64,000 bases of DNA, taken from positions 109,163,781 through 109,227,780 of the forward strand of contig NC_068983.1 in the NCBI RefSeq assembly GCF_001194135.2. The letters are read 5' to 3'. Source of the DNA: Octopus bimaculoides (taxonomy: Eukaryota). Under the pieces are notes generated by a model that searched no databases, had not been told where the DNA came from, and saw only the letters and a list, made by a program, of their open reading frames with translations. Positions 26,051 to 38,250 of this stretch are shown piece by piece. The position numbers and the translations under genes were made by a program. Each line of letters begins with the position of its first letter. Position 1 is the stretch's first letter.

Positions 26051-28867
26051 AATCTTAAACTCTGCATTTAACAAGATTATGGGAAAGAAATTTTCTATGA
26101 TATTCCCTTTGTTAACACCCTATCTTAGCAGCATTAACACATCCTAGTACTTGATTGGTACTTTATCAGCCTTGGAGACATGAAAGGCAAATTTGATCTC
26201 ACCAGAATTTAATCTTAGAACATAAAAAGCCTTAACTAAATACTACCAGGTATTTTGTCTAATACTCTTACCATTGTTTCTAACTAGTACAAGGTTTGAA
26301 TTTCAGAGGAGGAGAATAGTTAATTATATTTGGCTGCTACTCTATTACATCAGCTCTGAAAGGTTGAGTAACAAAGCTGACCTTAGCAGTACTTAAAATC
26401 GGAACATTAAGAGCCAGAATAAATATCATAAAGTGTTTTGTATGGTGCTTTAATGTCCATTAACAACAACAACAGTACCAGAAATTAAAAGATCTGTAGC
26501 TGACATTGGTACAGGAATGGTTTACCTTGAGCTATCAAAATCACTGCAGCTATCTTTCATAGCCATAAACATTTAAAAAATCCAAACATTTCCAATATCT
26601 AACATATTAAATTAATATTGGTTTGCAAAACCTTACTGCACAATGATAACAGCAAGATGTATATGAAGTATGAAATCAAAAGGAAACATGAACATCCTTG
26701 ATAAAGTGACTGAACTCTACATATAAATATGACAAGCTAGAGTAAAAATTGTGTATACTAAATGAAACAATGCAGCGAAATATATGAATGAAGCAGAAAT
26801 GAAGATTTGAATACTTTAAAATATCAAAGTATTTTTTACTGCTAATCTAAATCTCTCACTTAACATCACCGAACAATCCTATTATTTACGGTAAAGAAAA
26901 AAATAATCACAATATAAACCCACAAATGGACAGCAAAAGATAAAAGTGATATTTATAAGAGAAAAAAAAAATGAAGAACTTCAGCTGAGAAAGGAAATAT
27001 AGAAAGCGAAACCTTAAAAAATAATAATCATCTAACATAAAACTTGTAACAAAAACTAGGAATAAACACAAAATCAGAATTACTAAGTAATAAGGAAAAT
27101 AATCCAGTACCAAGAGAAACAGATCAAGTCCTTCATTCAGAAATGTCATATTATTATAGCAAAGATAAAATGTGACTTGAAGAGGTGAAATACATACAAT
27201 TTGAATCAGATCATTTCCTCCTAGCAAGATATAAATAATACACGAAGAATAAAAGTTAATTAACAGACTAATAACAAGATAGTGGCTTAACAGGAAGGAT
27301 AAACATCATAACTATAATGAATAGAAAACAAGTAATCTAAATCTCAGGATTCTGATGTAAATGAAACAAGTGATATCAAAAGCATTGAAAATAATTATCA
27401 TCTTTGATGATATTCCATGAAGAAACATGTATAACATTGCCAAAATTGAACCCCAAAGATTAGGTTTCTTCTTTCAAGCCAGAAAACATTTGCCTTGTTA
27501 AGTTAATAATTCTATGGAAAGTTCAAATGCAACCTAAATTAGTGCACAGATCACATATCTGAGACAATAATGCTAGATCAAATCCATAGAAGGCCATCTA
27601 TGTGACAAGCAGTCACTAACCCACACATTAAATTATTGAACCCAAAGAGATAGTGCTTATTCTTTATGCCCCTTCTACCACTATTATAAATGCTTCTGAT
27701 TTTATGAACTCGAAAACTGCATACCTTCTTGAGTGAAGCCTATGTTTTGCACTTGCCTTCTCTTTTACTGTGCTTATTATGCCTATGCCACCCAAAACTT
27801 TAACTCCTTGACCAATCATTTTTCTGGACAGTGAGAACTATCTAGAATTCTCTCCTTGCATATATTTTTTTCTATAGGACACAACCTACAGACTTTCAAT
27901 TTGAACAATAACCATACCAGTATCACTGTTCTAGGAGAACCTACAAAGATCATGAGTATTAATTCTACTCTGCCAAATGATTTTTTAATATTCTTTTAAA
28001 ATGCCATAAGAATGTGTGTAATTTGTAGATATATAAAATATGCAGAAAGATATGAATTTGAAAGCTTTCAAACAATATTTTAAAGACAAGCTGATACATA
28101 AGACCAGAAAGAATTAACAAAGGTCAGTTCTCCAATGGATATTTATTAAAATGTATTCAACATTAATAACAATAATGAATAATTCTGATATAAAATATAA
28201 AATCTGTTTCAACCAGATTGCCAACATTCACAAGTATGTAACTTGCAAATGAATGGATATATTTGATAATTTGAGAAATTGTTTACATTTTCTCACATTT
28301 CATATGTATTAAAGGTGAATAAACTTAATTTGATTATAAATCACATAATAGCAGACATTTTACATCTTCATTTGAAGTACTTTACTTTGTTGTACATATA
28401 TGCTAAAAAATAAAAGGAAATGAAGATTCTGTAGAAATCATTTATAGTCAAGGTGAAGACAGGAATCTTTTTCGCCACTTTAAATCACTAGTTTAACATT
28501 GTAGCAATGGTGGTAAACACATGTGTTGATCATTAATGTATACTGTGATATGTTGTCTAAAGGTCACTTGAAATAGCAGTCTATTCATGAGCAATGAGGT
28601 CAATCAATGAAAAAGACCCCAAATTTAAATAGTGAGCAGTCTATTTCAAAAGACGATGCAAAAGAAATATGTCAGTACAACTCAGTTAAGTAAGTAACCT
28701 ACATTATTTCCTCAGACTAAAAAATAGAAAAAAATAAAATACATAAATCAGTTGTCTAATCTGGAAACAAAAATGTTTCAAGCAGAAAATAAAATATATA
28801 CAAAATTCAGCTTTAACATGTAGAAAACACAAACAATAAAATACTAAAGCATCCAATTAACAGCATA

Positions 28868-30172
28868 CTGGGTGGGGCAGGGAGAACGGATGTTTTTGAA
28901 ATATTCACAAAATCATTAATTTTAGCTACAAACAAATTTTATTGACATCAATGTGGTCGTATTGAATTAGCATTTGTCAAAATCAAATGTGGAAAACAAC
29001 ATCCATCATGTGGCATCCATTTTCATTGATGCATTTCTGAAGGTGTTCTTGGAAGTTGGCCTCCACTCTCTCCAGCATTGCTCTGTTGATTTGAGCGACT
29101 TCCACATGAATAGCATCCTTCAAATCATCCAATGTACAGGGCTTATGCACAAACACGTGTACCTTGAGGTTTTCCTACAAGAAATAGTCACACATGGACA
29201 AATCAGGACACTGGGGTGGCGGTGGGGGGAAGGAATGTCAGCAAACATGGAAATGAAGCAGTCACCAAAGAGAGGGCAAAGAACGTCCATTGATTATCTG
29301 GATGTGTTGGCCATCGCCCCATCCTGCTGAAACCACACATGTCGAATAGGCATGTGTTTTCACTGTAATTCAGGCACAAAGAAGTTGTTTATCATCTTGA
29401 TGTAATGCTCAAAGTTTACAGTAACAGCATTTCCATTATTGTTTTCAGAAAATTAAGACCTAATGACAGCATCTTTTCCAACACCACACTAGACCATCAC
29501 TTTTCGGCTGTGCAGTGGTCTTTCGTGCAGTTCTCTCGGATTTTCAAGAGCCCAATAACAACAGTTCTGTTGATTCACCATGCTATTGAAATGAATATGA
29601 GCTTCATTACTCATTAGCAAAATGAGGTTGTCATTTGACTCAAAAATTGCTTCCATTTGATATGCAAAGTTAAGATGATATGCATAGTCCCATGATTTTA
29701 ACTGTTGTCTAATGACCAATTTGTATGAGTAAAAATGCAGATCTTCATGCAAAATACACCTTACCAATCAATTACTAATGTCAAGTTCAGTGAAATGCCT
29801 TTGAGCAGAGTGATTTGGACTCCATATCAAAGCCTGTCTGATGTGTTCTACATTTTCTGGGGTCAGTACCATTCGTGGCACCCTCACCACTCTCCTATTC
29901 ATTAGTGTACCTCAAGTATGAAGTGTGTTACAGGTGGAAACAGCTTGATTTCGGTGAATGCTGAAGTGACACCGAAACTCACACTGAACTACTGTCATAG
30001 GCAAACATACGATGCTCTATCATCCACAACACTATGGTTTCATCTGAAAAGTAAATAAATGCTAAGATACCATGGACCAAACGGTACCTGTTAGACATAT
30101 GTCCCTATGTCCCTCCCGCTGGGTCTGAGTAATAGCCATTTCAAAAACGTCCATCCTCTCTGCTCCACCCTG
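28868..30172 (-). mobile_element. Full-length but inactive Tc1/mariner element, DD41D-like (rosa/Visitor-type)
   Basis: TIRs TA|CTGGGTGGGGCAGGGAGAACGGATGTTTTTGAAAT and reverse complement TA|CAGGGTGGAGCAGAGAGGATGGACGTTTTTGAAAT. Transposase remnants LMSNEAHIHF, WFQQDG and PDLSMCDYFL, with about 41 residues between the 2nd and 3rd Asp after frameshift correction. Confidence 0.92.
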
Positions 30173-30174
30173 TA

Positions 30175-30420
30175 CATCATCAGCATTGTTTTAATATCCA
30201 GTTTTCCATGCATACTTGGTTCAGATGAAATTCACTGAGACAGATTTTCTATTGCTGGATACCCTTTCTGTCACCAGCCTGCACTTGCTTGCAAATAAGG
30301 TAGTTTCTTTTATCTTCATCATGGCTGAATGTGTCATCACCAAAGATTACAAATGAACAAAACACTTGTGTGATCATGATAGTCATTTCTAACTACCATG
30401 AAGTGACAAAGCAAGGAGGC
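30175..30420 (-). mobile_element. LINE-related 3' tail / short element
   Basis: catcatcagcattgttttaatatccagttttccatgc...gctggatacccttt resembles the RTE 3' UTR. Confidence 0.5.
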
Positions 30421-30570
30421 ACAAACACACACACTTGACAAGCTTCCTTCAGTTTCCTTCTATCAAATCTACTCACAAGGCTTTGGTTGGAGCTGGGCTA
30501 TTGTAAAAGGCACTTCTAGAAATTGAACCTGAAAGCACACAGTTGGGAAGCAAACATCTTAATTACACAA
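30420..30570 (-). mobile_element. CORE-like SINE 5' module, inverted
   Basis: cttcagtttccttctatcaaatctactcacaaggctttggtt is the reverse complement of the family 1 core. Confidence 0.75.
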
Positions 30571-30640
30571 CTATGCTGAAGATAAAACATCTTTAATGTG
30601 TAAAAAGCAAAATACCTCAAAAATACAAATATATATTTGT

Positions 30641-31025
30641 GCAGGCATGGCTGTGTGGCAAAAAGTTTGCTTCTTAACTATATGGTTCCAGGTTCAATCC
30701 CACTGCATAGCACTTTGGGCTATGCAGTGGGATTCTACTATAGCTCCATGCCAACCGAAGACTTTTAGGTGGATCAAGTAGATGGAAACTGAAAGAAGCC
30801 TGTTACACGTGTGTGTGTGTGTGTGTGTGTGTGTCTGTATTTGTCCCCCACCATCACTTGACAACTGGTGTTGGTTTATGTCCCTGTAACTTAGCAGTTC
30901 AGCAAGAGGCTGATAGAATGAGTACCAAGCTTTATAAATCGTCTTGGGTTTAATTTACTTGACTAAAAAAAATTCTCAAAACCAGTGCTCCAGCATGAGC
31001 GAAGTCTAATGATTGAAAAAAAAAG
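30641..31025 (+). mobile_element. CORE-like SINE (family 1)
   Basis: Both modules and central (TG)n present. Confidence 0.85.
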
Positions 31026-31375
31026 CAAAAAGCAAAAAATTTAAGTAAATAGTAAATTAATTATAACAGAATATCATGTTTTGTGAAGTTAAACAAACCT
31101 TATAATAGTTGATAAAAAAAAAACAAACATCACTGAAAAGAAATTCAACCACAGAAAATATGCAAGAAGCTCAGAGAAGAATATTGGAATGCTAGCAGCA
31201 ATACATGGTCCAACCAAGATGTAAAGAATAAATGATATAGTTTATGACCTTTCCCTTGGAAACATGTACACCTACATAAAATTACAGTCAACTAGCTACA
31301 ATTCTGTGGTATACAACTTGGAATACAAATACATATGTTCATTTCTAAATATTAAGAAGATATAGTTTTAACTGT

Positions 31376-31406
31376 GTGTGCGTTTGTGTGTGCACATGTG
31401 TGTGTG

Positions 31407-31480
<74 letters not shown>
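31376..31480. repeat. (TG)n microsatellite
   Basis: Direct. Confidence 0.97.
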
Positions 31481-31481
<1 letters not shown>

Positions 31482-31491
31482 ATACACATAC

Positions 31492-31544
31492 ATAACAAGC
31501 TTAGGTCTTTTAGCATTTTGTTTTACTTGTTTCTTCGCACTCAT
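31492..31544 (-). CDS. Candidate start exon MSAKKQVKQNAKRPKLV
   Basis: ATG at 31544, basic NLS-like peptide, donor AT|gtatgt, local CpGs. No homolog recognised. Confidence 0.25.
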
Positions 31545-32604
31545 TGGGGTACAGCCATGACGCAGCAACACATTTATGTAATATAATAATATATAATAAG
31601 CAGAAAAAGGTTTTTTTTTTGCTTGTTTGTTTTTGTTGTTTGTTTGTTTGTTTGTTTGTAGTCATGCTGGTAAAGGGAGAGTGAAATAACTGATGAATGG
31701 GAAATGAATGGCAGTTGGAGACATTTAGCATAGGGAAGGGAAAATGAAAGTATTATAACTACAGTGAGCTGTAATGAGAGGTTTTGCAATGGTTGGGCTG
31801 GTTGGTAATTTCATTCAAGATGAAATTGCAAATTTTTGTAAATTTAGCAGGAAATATATTTCCGCTAAATTTCATAGTGTGTATTCAAAAGGTGAAAAAA
31901 AAGAATGAAAAGAAATGTAAACACAACACTGTGCACTGATTTGAAATGAAGTTCACTGACATATGCAAGTACAAACACAAGCACATGTGTAGACACACAT
32001 AAATGATAATATATACAAGCACATACACACACATTGTACAAAAATGAAACAGAAAGTATTCTAACTGGAAAAGTTAATACAGAATTTCACACACACATAT
32101 GTGCATATGCAAGCATTTACATGCATGTATTTGTATTGAAAGATTTGTTATGTAAAGTTTCATAGATGTAAAAAAACCATCATCAAATTTACAAGTGATT
32201 GTTACATTTTTCAGTTAAATAAAAAGTGTAAAGTTTTTAGGTAAGAAATTAATCAATGGTTTCACCCAATGTTTTGAATGTATCCACCTTCTCCTATCAT
32301 TAATAAAATTATCATTTTTGATAGAACAGGGATGCTAATTCATTTATGAACAATGTGTAATCTATAAACAAATTGATGATCATTCTGTATCTATATTCCC
32401 TAAGAAATATATACAAGAAAGTTTCTAGAAAGGAAGAGTGAAAAAAGACAGCGGAAGAGAAGGGACGAAGGGTAAATAGAGAAGCAGGCAGTCACCAAAC
32501 AGATAAAGAGATAAGTAGACAGACTGACAGACAGACAGATAGATAAAGTGAGAGGCAGAGCCACATATGAGAGGTAAAGAGAAATAGAAATGTGTGTGTG
32601 TGTG

Positions 32605-32651
<47 letters not shown>

Positions 32652-34016
32652 GTAGAAGAGCAAGAGGCTGAGCCAGAGATGGATAAAAACTATAACTATG
32701 TAAAGTACATATTAACCCAAATTTCATATGAAGTAACATTCTTGCTATTGATATAGAGTATGTGCAAGCATGTGTACATACCCATACTCATGTTCTAGGG
32801 AAATAAAAAAACACCAATACAATTAAATAAAGAAAGCCATTAAAGAAAATAATACCAGTCAATGCAAAAAGAAAAATACAAGAAATTTTCAAAAAGCATG
32901 GAAGGTTTATAGAAGGGAATGTGTGCGTGTGTGTACATATATATGCATATATTCAGTTTGAATTACGGAAAAATTTGGATAAGTACTGTTTTCACTTTGC
33001 TAAAGATTTTCTACTATTTGAAAATAATATGTATTCTTGTTTTTATACTATTCATTTGGTTCTTTATAGATTATTTTTAATAGATAACTTATTTAACACT
33101 AAATTATTTAGAAGTTATAGTTTCATTTCAACATAATATTAGAACTTCGATTTGAATAGTGTTGATATATTTTCGATTATTTTTGATTAATAATATTTGA
33201 TTAATTATTAATCTTTATAGTTTATAATATCNNNNNNNNNNNNNNNNNNNNNNNNNNNNNNNNNNNNNNNNNNNNNNNNNNNNNNNNNNNNNNNNNNNNN
33301 NNNNNNNNNNNNNNNNNNNNNNNNNNNNNNNNNNNNNNNNNNNNNNNNNNNNNNNNNNNNNNNNNNNNNNNNNNNNNNNNNNNNNNNNNNNNNNNNNNNN
33401 NNNNNNNNNNNNNNNNNNNNNNNNNNNNNNNNNNNNNNNNNNNNNNNNNNNNNNNNNNNNNNNNNNNNNNNNNNNNNNNNNNNNNNNNNNNNNNNNNNNN
33501 NNNNNNNNNNNNNNNNNNNNNNNNNNNNNNNNNNNNNNNNNNNNNNNNNNNNNNNNNNNNNNNNNNNNNNNNNNNNNNNNNNNNNNNNNNNNNNNNNNNN
33601 NNNNNNNNNNNNNNNNNNNNNNNNNNNNNNNNNNNNNNNNNNNNNNNNNNNNNNNNNNNNNNNNNNNNNNNNNNNNNNNNNNNNNNNNNNNNNNNNNNNN
33701 NNNNNNNNNNNNNNNNNNNNNNNNNNNNNNNNNNNNNNNNNNNNNNNNNNNNNNNNNNNNNNNNNNNNNNNNNNNNNNNNNNNNNNNNNNNNNNNNNNNN
33801 NNNNNNNNNNNNNNNNNNNNNNNNNNNNNNNNNNNNNNNNNNNNNNNNNNNNNNNNNNNNNNNNNNNNNNNNNNNNNNNNNNNNNNNNNNNNNNNNNNNN
33901 NNNNNNNNNNNNNNNNNNNNNNNNNNNNNNNNNNNNNNNNNNNNNNNNNNNNNNNNNNNNNNNNNNNNNNNNNNNNNNNNNNNNNNNNNNNNNNNNTATA
34001 TATATATATATATAAA

Positions 34017-35290
34017 CTAGCAGAGATACCTAGTGTTGCCCGAGTTAAAGAAAATAATGAAATTTTAAAATGACTCTTAGATCTCTAACATGAAACATAG
34101 ACTATGCAGGTCTTACTTCCTAGTAGCTGAGATACTAACTTTATATGTTAATAACTCGGCGTTTCCCAGGTTATTGAAAATAATGAAATTTAAGTATGAC
34201 TTTTAAATCTCTAAATAATTTGATACATGTATTATGCAGTTCTCAACAGTAATTAGTACAAACTATTAATGTCAATAACATGTTTTATCCGATGTTCGCA
34301 CTGTCAAAATTGTAAAAAACCAGGTAGTTCTTTGTCTTTGCAATCATCTTCAATTGTCAGTACTTATTTGAAACACATTGAACCGGAAAATGCATAAATT
34401 TAAGAAGAACCGGCCTACAAATGCTCCCCTTCTGTTAATAAGTGCATTTAACAAGAATTCTATCAGATGACGTGAGTAGAAACAAATGTACTGAAACAAA
34501 TCCGGAAATCAATCTCAGTTTAGTTATCTAGAGCTTCTAAATATACGATGTCTTGAGTGTATCCTTTAATTGGTGTATATACGAAAAAATTTTGGGGACT
34601 TCCAACTCATGAGCATCCTACATATAATTGCCCATGAGAGAAGCAAGGTGAAGTCCAACAACCTTGAGTGAGTGTCCTTGAGACCTGTTTATTGACATAG
34701 CGAGACTTAGTTTCACTGGGAACTGGAACCGTTTAAATTCAAAGGGGAAGTCATATGGGGTTTATGGGATCCGTGGAATGAAGATATCCTCACCCTTATA
34801 GTTCCAAGACAACTGTTGCCTCTAGGACATGGGGTTGCATTGCTTTCACCACCAGCCTGGTGCCATTGCACGGATGAGGTGAATCCAGATTCCTGAGCAG
34901 CATGACTGGGGGCCTCTTTTTTGTGTGAAGTGGTGAGATAGCATCCCAGATGGCTGTAGAGAGTTCAGGAATTCAGTTGGAAAAACTACAGCTTGGTCCT
35001 GATCAATGACAGTATCGATGGATTTGAAAGACTGTTCTTGTCCAGGCAACAGCTGTAGGAGATCCCAGTTGATTTTGTTGACACCATCATTACATGGAGT
35101 TAAGATGACTCGCTTACAGAGTCATTGACTGTTGCTAAAGCTTTGTGCAATGTCTGGGAATACATGCATTATGAGATCATTAACAGTTGGTACCATCTCA
35201 CCGCAGGCTTTCTGCCACCTCCACCCCACCGGATTTTGGGTGACGATAACTTTCAGAAAAATGGATATTTTTTAATGAAATTTTCTACGA
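34017..35290 (-). mobile_element. Helitron remnant with Pif1-family helicase C-terminus and 3' hairpin/CTAG end
   Basis: Minus translation of about 35230-34520: LCKRVILTPCNDGVNKIN...FPTEFLNSLQPSG/VMLLRNLD..CNGTRL/FIPRIP..FEFKRFQFPVKLSLAMSINRSQGHSLKVVG/PCFSHGQLYVGCS*V. The 3' end reads CTCGGGCAACACTAGG...CTAG|T at 34017. Confidence 0.9.
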
Positions 35291-35309
35291 ATATGTGTTA
35301 TATCATGTA

Positions 35310-35400
35310 GGGCGATCTTTCGATACTAGTCTGCCATAACTTCCGGTCGTTGTGCGCACGAATACTGATTACATTATGCCCTGTTGACAATTGATCAATT
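35310..35400. promoter_or_regulatory. CpG-retaining promoter-like patch
   Basis: gccataacttccggtcgttgtgcgcacg contains ETS-like CTTCCGG, NRF1-like TGCGCA and YY1-like GCCAT. Could instead be part of the Helitron. Confidence 0.3.
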
Positions 35401-35494
35401 AAATGAAATCTTGGCATGAAACTTTTTTCTCACGCACACACTCACATAGGTATATATCTTACACAAATAGGAAACCGGAGAAGAATATAACAAA

Positions 35495-35556
35495 TGAAAG
35501 TAACTTTAGAAATTCTTTTTTATTTGAGATCGTCACAAGTGTAATGATGTATACAT

Positions 35557-35596
<40 letters not shown>

Positions 35597-35930
35597 AGCT
35601 GGTTACTTAGTTGCTATGTTGACATTAACAAAACAGTTACGTGAATGTGATAATAAGTAGATTTGTGCCAAGAATGATCGCATGGGATTTAAATGTGAAA
35701 TATCAAGTCTTAATAAGGCAACTTGTTTCAGAACTTTCCGAAATACGTATTGGAAAATCAATGTACAATATACAGTACCTTATTTAATTAATTGAGAAAA
35801 AGGCATCTATCTCTGCATGAATTTTTTTTTTTTTTTTCTGACATGAAAGTACCTTTAGAAATTCATTTTTTATCAGAAATCGTCACAACTGTAATGATGT
35901 GTACATACGTGTGTGTAAATAGCTGGTTAG
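35495..35930. repeat. Direct duplication of about 90 bp (35495-35605 and 35850-35930) with variable internal (TG)n
   Basis: tttagaaattc.ttttt...atcgtcacaa.tgtaatgatgt.tacatacgtgtgtgt..aaatagctggtta occurs twice. Confidence 0.85.
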
Positions 35931-36164
35931 GACGCCAAAGACAGAAAGTTCAAACACAGGGAGTTGAGAAAAAGATTTGAAGAAGTGAATCTTTGTATAT
36001 AGAGCAATATTATTTATTTAGGAAAAAATTAAAAATCAACACCGTATTATTCTTTCCAAGGTCAAATTATTCATGTACTCCAAGTATAGTACAGATTGAT
36101 TCCGAGGTTTGAGCATGTATTGAGGACACACACACAGACGGTATTTTATATATTAAGATGATGG

Positions 36165-36310
36165 GCCACTTTCAATTTCAATCTACCAAATCCACTCACA
36201 AGGCTTTGGTTTGCCTGGAGGCTAGAAGACACTTGCGCATGGTACACACAGTGGAACTGAACCTAAGAGCACGTGGTTGGGAAGCATGCGTCTCAATTAA
36301 GCAGACATGG
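36165..36310 (-). mobile_element. CORE-like SINE 5' module, inverted
   Basis: ttcaatttcaatctaccaaatccactcacaaggctttggtt...gaactgaacc. Confidence 0.8.
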
Positions 36311-36649
36311 ATGCACCTATACAGATGATTCAATGAATTTGTGTAGTTAAGAGAAACATAAAGACACAATGGGAAAACATATTCTAAGTGAAATGACTAG
36401 AAACATTTTCATTATTAACCTGAATCTTCATGAAGCAGAGCAATTCTTTATGCAAGTATTGCTACAGTACAAACCTGGACCAACAAGTTTTTCTGATTAA
36501 AAAGCTGTAGATAGATTTGTACTACCTATTTATCAAGAGGCACACAAAACAACAAGACTGCTGAAAAATTGGTGAAATTAATAATGTGATGGAAGAAGAA
36601 GCTAATGTGTCTTTTGAAAAGATATGTAGTCAATGATTTGGGTTGTAGG

Positions 36650-36800
36650 TGCAGGCATGGCTGTGTGGTTAGGAAGCTTGTTTTCTAGCCATATGGTTTC
36701 TGGTTCAGTCCCACTGTGTAGTGCCTTGAACAAGTATCATCTGCTACAGCCTTGGTTCAACCATTGCCTTGTGATTGGATTTGGTAAGTGGAAGAAATTG
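36650..36800 (+). mobile_element. CORE-like SINE 5' module
   Basis: gcaggcatggctgtgtggttaggaagcttg...ggttcagtcccactg. Confidence 0.8.
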
Positions 36801-36859
36801 TGTATACCAACAGCAAATGTAAGTATGGTAAATAAATTATTTAAAATATAAATCGATGT

Positions 36860-38015
36860 TCTGTTTACTTCAACACCATCTGATACACCTTCTTATACAC
36901 CACTACACTCTTCTTCCTTTTCTACAATGCTCTTCCATCTATTTGGTAGACTTGCAAGCCTCCTCGTCCAAAATTTTCTTGTTTGTAATGAAAAATACTC
37001 CTCCAGTACTGTTCTGACTTCATATACAGAATTCATCTTTTTTCTGCCCAAATGATTTTTAAAAATGTGGAATTAATGATAGTCAGATGGGGCAATGTCC
37101 AGCAAATATGATGGGTGGGGTATCGTTTCCTATTCAAACTGCTCCAACCTTTGGAATGTCATCCTCATTGTATGTGGCCAAGCATTATCCTGATGGAAGA
37201 ACACCTTTCATCTCGAAACCAAAGGTGGTCATTTTTCTTCTAGTGCTGATTTAAGCCCCTCAAGCTGCTCACAGTAGATCACCTGTGTTATCGTTTGGTT
37301 TGAGTTTAAATGTTCAAAGTGGACTAAACATTTCATATCCTATCAAACAGATAATAACACCTTATGTGGTTGAAGACCTTTAGCCTGGGGTGCTGGTGTT
37401 TCTCCTTTCCCTACCCACTGTCTTTGGTGCTTGACATTTTTATAGAGAACCCATTTATCATCACCAGTCACTATTCGGTCCCAAAAAGGTTCATTCGTGA
37501 AATGTGGCAGTAAAGAAGAACACATATTCACTCTCTGCATGCGACTAGGCTTAGAAAGTTTGTGAGGAAAACACTGACTCAGTTTGCTGACATTTCTGAT
37601 GGCACAAAGGTGTCGATGAATGGTTGAATGACCAAATCCAAGTTTCTCTGCTAGTTCCTCAACAGTTACGATGAGGGTTTGCAGAATGTCCTTGTTGAGC
37701 TCTACAGATCTTCCAGGATGAGGTCCGTCTTCTAGGCTGTAGTTTCAGGCTCAATTTCTGAAACCACCATTGACACTGACTTATGCTTATTGTCCTATCC
37801 CCATATACTGTATTAATATTCCTCGCATTTTCCATTGTGTTGTTGCCTTTATTGAACTCATAAAGCAAAATATGCTGAATATGCTCCAAATGTCACTTTC
37901 ATTATAGCTTTGAAAAACTAACTGTTAAAATCGAACTGGACTCTTCAAAACTTGCACTAAGAATAAAACCAAGGTAAAATTACTACCTGCTTTTATAGTA
38001 AGTTGATGCAGGTAG
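36860..38015 (-). mobile_element. mariner (DD34D) transposase pseudogene, near-full coding length
   Basis: EHIQHILLYEFNKGN (HTH), FWDRIVTGDDKWVLYKN, HQDNAWPH, HPSYLLDIAPSDYH and LPNRWKSIVEK; stops and frameshifts; TIRs not recognised. Confidence 0.92.
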
Positions 38016-38026
38016 TTTATCCCATC

Positions 38027-38250
38027 CCCCTCCGACTTTTATATAGCCTCGGGCTNNNNNNNNNNCCAACATCGCTTGACAACTGATGCTGGTGTGTTTA
38101 CGCCCCTGTAACTTAGCAGTTTGGCAAAAGAGACCGATAGAATAAGTACTAGGCTTCCAAAGAATAAGTCCTGGGGTTGATTTGCTCGACTAAACGTGGT
38201 GCTCCAGCATGGCTGCAGTCAAATGACTGAAACAAGTAAAAGAGTAAGAG
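38027..38250 (+). mobile_element. SINE family 1, 3' module
   Basis: cgcttgacaactgatgctggtgtgtttacg...gaccgatagaataagtactagg...tgactgaaacaagtaaaagag; follows a 10-N gap. Confidence 0.85.

Noticed and set aside
26907-27227. 106-aa hydrophobic ORF
   Set aside because: Phe/Leu/Ile richness follows from T-rich sequence; only the first few codons have exon-like boundaries.
34520-35230. Pif1 helicase as a host gene
   Set aside because: Intronless, frameshifted and followed by a Helitron 3' terminus, so it is transposon-derived.
36880-37902. SETMAR-like domesticated transposase
   Set aside because: Multiple stops and frameshifts and no SET-domain exons; an ordinary dead mariner.
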